Part shown: piece by piece, positions 25,158 to 27,464 of the stretch | Numbering within the stretch: the stretch's first letter is position 1 | Layout: each line of letters begins with the position of its first letter | From: Candidatus Ratteibacteria bacterium | GTDB lineage: Bacteria; Ratteibacteria; UBA8468; B48-G9; DTJG01 | DNA length: 27,464 bases | Reading direction: 5' to 3' | Assembly (NCBI GenBank): GCA_049971295.1 | Contig: JBMFLH010000019.1 | Span: 1-27,464 of the forward strand | Translations under genes and position numbers: made by a program | The notes under the pieces: generated by a model | What the model was told of the DNA's origin: nothing | What the model saw: only the letters and a program-made list of their open reading frames with translations | The model's database searches: none

Positions 25158-26129
25158 ATGGGCATTCTAAACACCTTAATCCAACGGGCAAGTTCTCTTA
25201 ATAAAAGTGTGATTTTGCCAGAGAGCAATGACCCTCGCATTATTGAGGCTGCTGTGCTTCTCAAGGAAAAATCAGTTGCACAGCCAGTATTGTGCGGGAT
25301 TCCAGAACAAATTATATCTACCTTTGAAAAATGCGGAAAACCCAGTTCTGGAATTAAAATCGTAGACATTAATGATACTGAACTAATTGCTGAATTTGCC
25401 TTTCTTTATCAAAAGCAAAGACCAAATGTTTCAGAAAAAATTGCGTTGCGTCTTGTGAAAAAGCCATTGATTTTTGGAGGTATGATGGTAGCTTCAGGAA
25501 GGGTTGATGCAATGGTTGCTGGAGCAGCAAGCACGACTGCCGATGTGATTCAGGCAGCTGCATTAACAGCAGGTTATCAGAAAAACATTTCAAAAGCGTC
25601 GAGTTTTTTCATCATGGAAATGCCTGATAGTAAAATCTATTTTTTTGCTGACTGCGCAGTCAATATTTCCCCGGATAGCCAAACTCTTGCTGATATAGGG
25701 ATTGCTACTGCCAGCAGTTTCAAAAAATTGATGAACGAAAAGCCACTTGTTGCTTTTCTCTCTTTTTCTTCAAAGGGCAGCGCATCTCATCCTGATGTTG
25801 AAAAGGTTGTAAAAGCAGTAGAGATTGCAAAAACCAGAGATTCTGAAACATGCTATGATGGCGAATTTCAGGTTGATACAGCTGTTTCAGAAGCCGTGGC
25901 AAGGAAAAAATTGAAAGAAATTGGTGAAGTTGCAGGAAGGGCAAATGTATTAATATTTCCTGACCTCGATGCGGGAAATATCGCCTATAAAATTACTCAA
26001 TATCTTGCTGGTGCAAAGGCGTATGGACCTGTACTTCAGGGGTTTGCAAAACCGGTGAGCGACCTTTCCAGGGGAGCAAAACCAGAAGATATTGTTGCTG
26101 TGGCAGCCATCACCTGCCTGCTTTCTTAA
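25158..26129 (+). CDS. pta: Phosphate acetyltransferase (short form)
   Basis: LPESNDPR, ADCAVN, DGEFQVD, ANVLIFPDLDAGNIAYK, GPVLQG...DLSRG. Confidence 0.93.
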   Translation: MGILNTLIQRASSLNKSVILPESNDPRIIEAAVLLKEKSVAQPVLCGIPEQIISTFEKCGKPSSGIKIVDINDTELIAEFAFLYQKQRPNVSEKIALRLVKKPLIFGGMMVASGRVDAMVAGAASTTADVIQAAALTAGYQKNISKASSFFIMEMPDSKIYFFADCAVNISPDSQTLADIGIATASSFKKLMNEKPLVAFLSFSSKGSASHPDVEKVVKAVEIAKTRDSETCYDGEFQVDTAVSEAVARKKLKEIGEVAGRANVLIFPDLDAGNIAYKITQYLAGAKAYGPVLQGFAKPVSDLSRGAKPEDIVAVAAITCLLS

Positions 26130-26141
26130 CAGGGAGTTTCA

Positions 26142-27392
26142 ATGAAATTGTTGATTTATGAAAATGATTCGTGGGTAAACCTTACACCATTAAGCTACAT
26201 CAGGCCTGTTTTCGAATTGAGATGCGGCATGCACTCACTGCTTGAAAGAATTTTGATGAAGGCAAAAACTGAAGATGTGGTGCTTTTTGTAAGAGATTAT
26301 CTTGTAGATTTGGTAAGAAAAAAATATCAGTATCCAGTTAATCAAACCAGTGAATTGAATGACGACGTGTTGATTGTTGATGGAAGAGTTCTCGTTGAGT
26401 CAGAATTCTGTACAAACAAAGAGGCAGTTTATTTATGCGATGATGAAGTTGTCTATGGTTATGTAAAAAAAGAGAATGCTTCAAAGATTGCTGGTAAAAA
26501 TCTTCCTGAAATACTTGATTTTCTGAAAACATTACCCTCTGTAAATGTTGAAGCGAAACTGATGCGTTTTCCATGGAATTTTATTCACGAAAATCCAGAA
26601 ATGTTAAGGAAAGATTTCATTTCCAGTGGTAAAAGGGGTATTGAAGGTACTTTTTCTCCGCAGGCATTGGTCAAGGGTCCTGATGATATTTTTATTGCAG
26701 AAGGTGCGGAAATTCACCCATTTGTCGTGCTGGATACAAGTTCTGGCCCTGTATATGTTGATAAAAAGGCGAAAATTTTCCCATTTTCAAGGATTGAAGG
26801 GCCCTGTTACATAGGCGAAGATACTCATATTATGCCTGGTGCCAGTATCAGGGAAGGAAACAGTATTGGTCCGGTGTGCAGAATTGGCGGTGAACTTGAA
26901 GAAAGTATTATTCAGGGGTATTCAAATAAATATCATGATGGTTTTGTGGGTCACGCGTATATTGGAGAATTTGTTAATCTCGGAGCACTGACCACAAACA
27001 GTGATTTGAAAAACGATTATTCCACAGTGACAGTATATGTCAATGGTAAACCAGTTGATACAGGGGATTTAAAGGTGGGTTCATTCATCGGAGACCATAC
27101 GAAAACAAGTATAGGTACCCTTTTTAATACAGGAACATCTGCTGGAGTGATGTGTAATATCACTGCAGGAGGAATACTTCCAAAGTTTTTTCCTTCTTTT
27201 GTCTGGTATGTGAACAATAAATTCATGAAGGGTTTTGGTCTTGAAATAATGCTGAAAACAGCTCGCGCTGCAATGGAAAGAAGAAAAAGATTTCTTACAC
27301 CAGAAGAAGAACACGTGATCAGAAAAGTTTATGAAATTACAGCAGAAATGAGAAAGGCATATATTGCGAAAAGTTCAAAGGTAAAAACATAA
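26142..27392 (+). CDS. Alternative GlmU-type protein (NTP_transf_4-like N-domain plus LbH hexapeptide acetyltransferase domain)
   Basis: LTPLSYIRPVFELRCG N-terminal signature, hexapeptide repeats, NKYHDGFVGHAYIGEFVNLGALTTNSDLKNDY, GDHTKTSIG. Confidence 0.85.
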   Translation: MKLLIYENDSWVNLTPLSYIRPVFELRCGMHSLLERILMKAKTEDVVLFVRDYLVDLVRKKYQYPVNQTSELNDDVLIVDGRVLVESEFCTNKEAVYLCDDEVVYGYVKKENASKIAGKNLPEILDFLKTLPSVNVEAKLMRFPWNFIHENPEMLRKDFISSGKRGIEGTFSPQALVKGPDDIFIAEGAEIHPFVVLDTSSGPVYVDKKAKIFPFSRIEGPCYIGEDTHIMPGASIREGNSIGPVCRIGGELEESIIQGYSNKYHDGFVGHAYIGEFVNLGALTTNSDLKNDYSTVTVYVNGKPVDTGDLKVGSFIGDHTKTSIGTLFNTGTSAGVMCNITAGGILPKFFPSFVWYVNNKFMKGFGLEIMLKTARAAMERRKRFLTPEEEHVIRKVYEITAEMRKAYIAKSSKVKT

Positions 27393-27403
27393 AAGGGGTA
27401 ATA

Positions 27404-27464
27404 ATGGAAAGACAGGAAATTGAAAAAAGGGTAAAAGAAGTTGTAAGCAGAATTCTTGGTGTAG
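27404..27464 (+). CDS. acpP: Acyl carrier protein, partial (5' end)
   Basis: AGGGG SD; MERQEIEKRVKEVVSRILGV matches ACP helix I. The DSL motif would lie outside the window. Confidence 0.65.
   Translation, partial: MERQEIEKRVKEVVSRILGV

Overview
Bacterial chromosomal housekeeping region, AT-rich and gene-dense, with no mobile element, CRISPR array or rRNA detected. A leftward block runs lipoprotein-tsaB-GT4-lepB-grpE-ispE-spoVG-tRNA-Gln-glmU(N-domain only)-prs, followed by a nucleotide-sugar epimerase/dehydratase. The middle holds a Fur-family regulator, an M48 lipoprotein, mnmE, htpX and a URO-D-like protein, then tRNA-Asp-thrS-infC-rpmI-rplT-diguanylate cyclase and dapF-comEC. A rightward block runs dtd-LSm-like-TPR-plsC-ispH-rpsA-nagB-pta-alt-GlmU-acpP. 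The Zn-ribbon SpoVG, the LSm-like protein and the tRNA-Asp loop suggest a PVC-related lineage (inference only). Highlights missed by the ORF track: (1) a 24-aa basic ORF (1199..1273) with its own near-consensus promoter and SD, resembling ribosomal protein bL37; (2) infC starting at ATC and, in the same operon, a membrane diguanylate cyclase apparently starting at CTG behind a perfect SD, a possible IF3-to-c-di-GMP link; (3) a split GlmU arrangement with a stand-alone uridylyltransferase domain at prs and a nagB-pta-alt-GlmU cluster; (4) back-to-back promoters sharing one -35, with an apparently leaderless dapF. All calls come from motif recognition by eye; no database searches were run.
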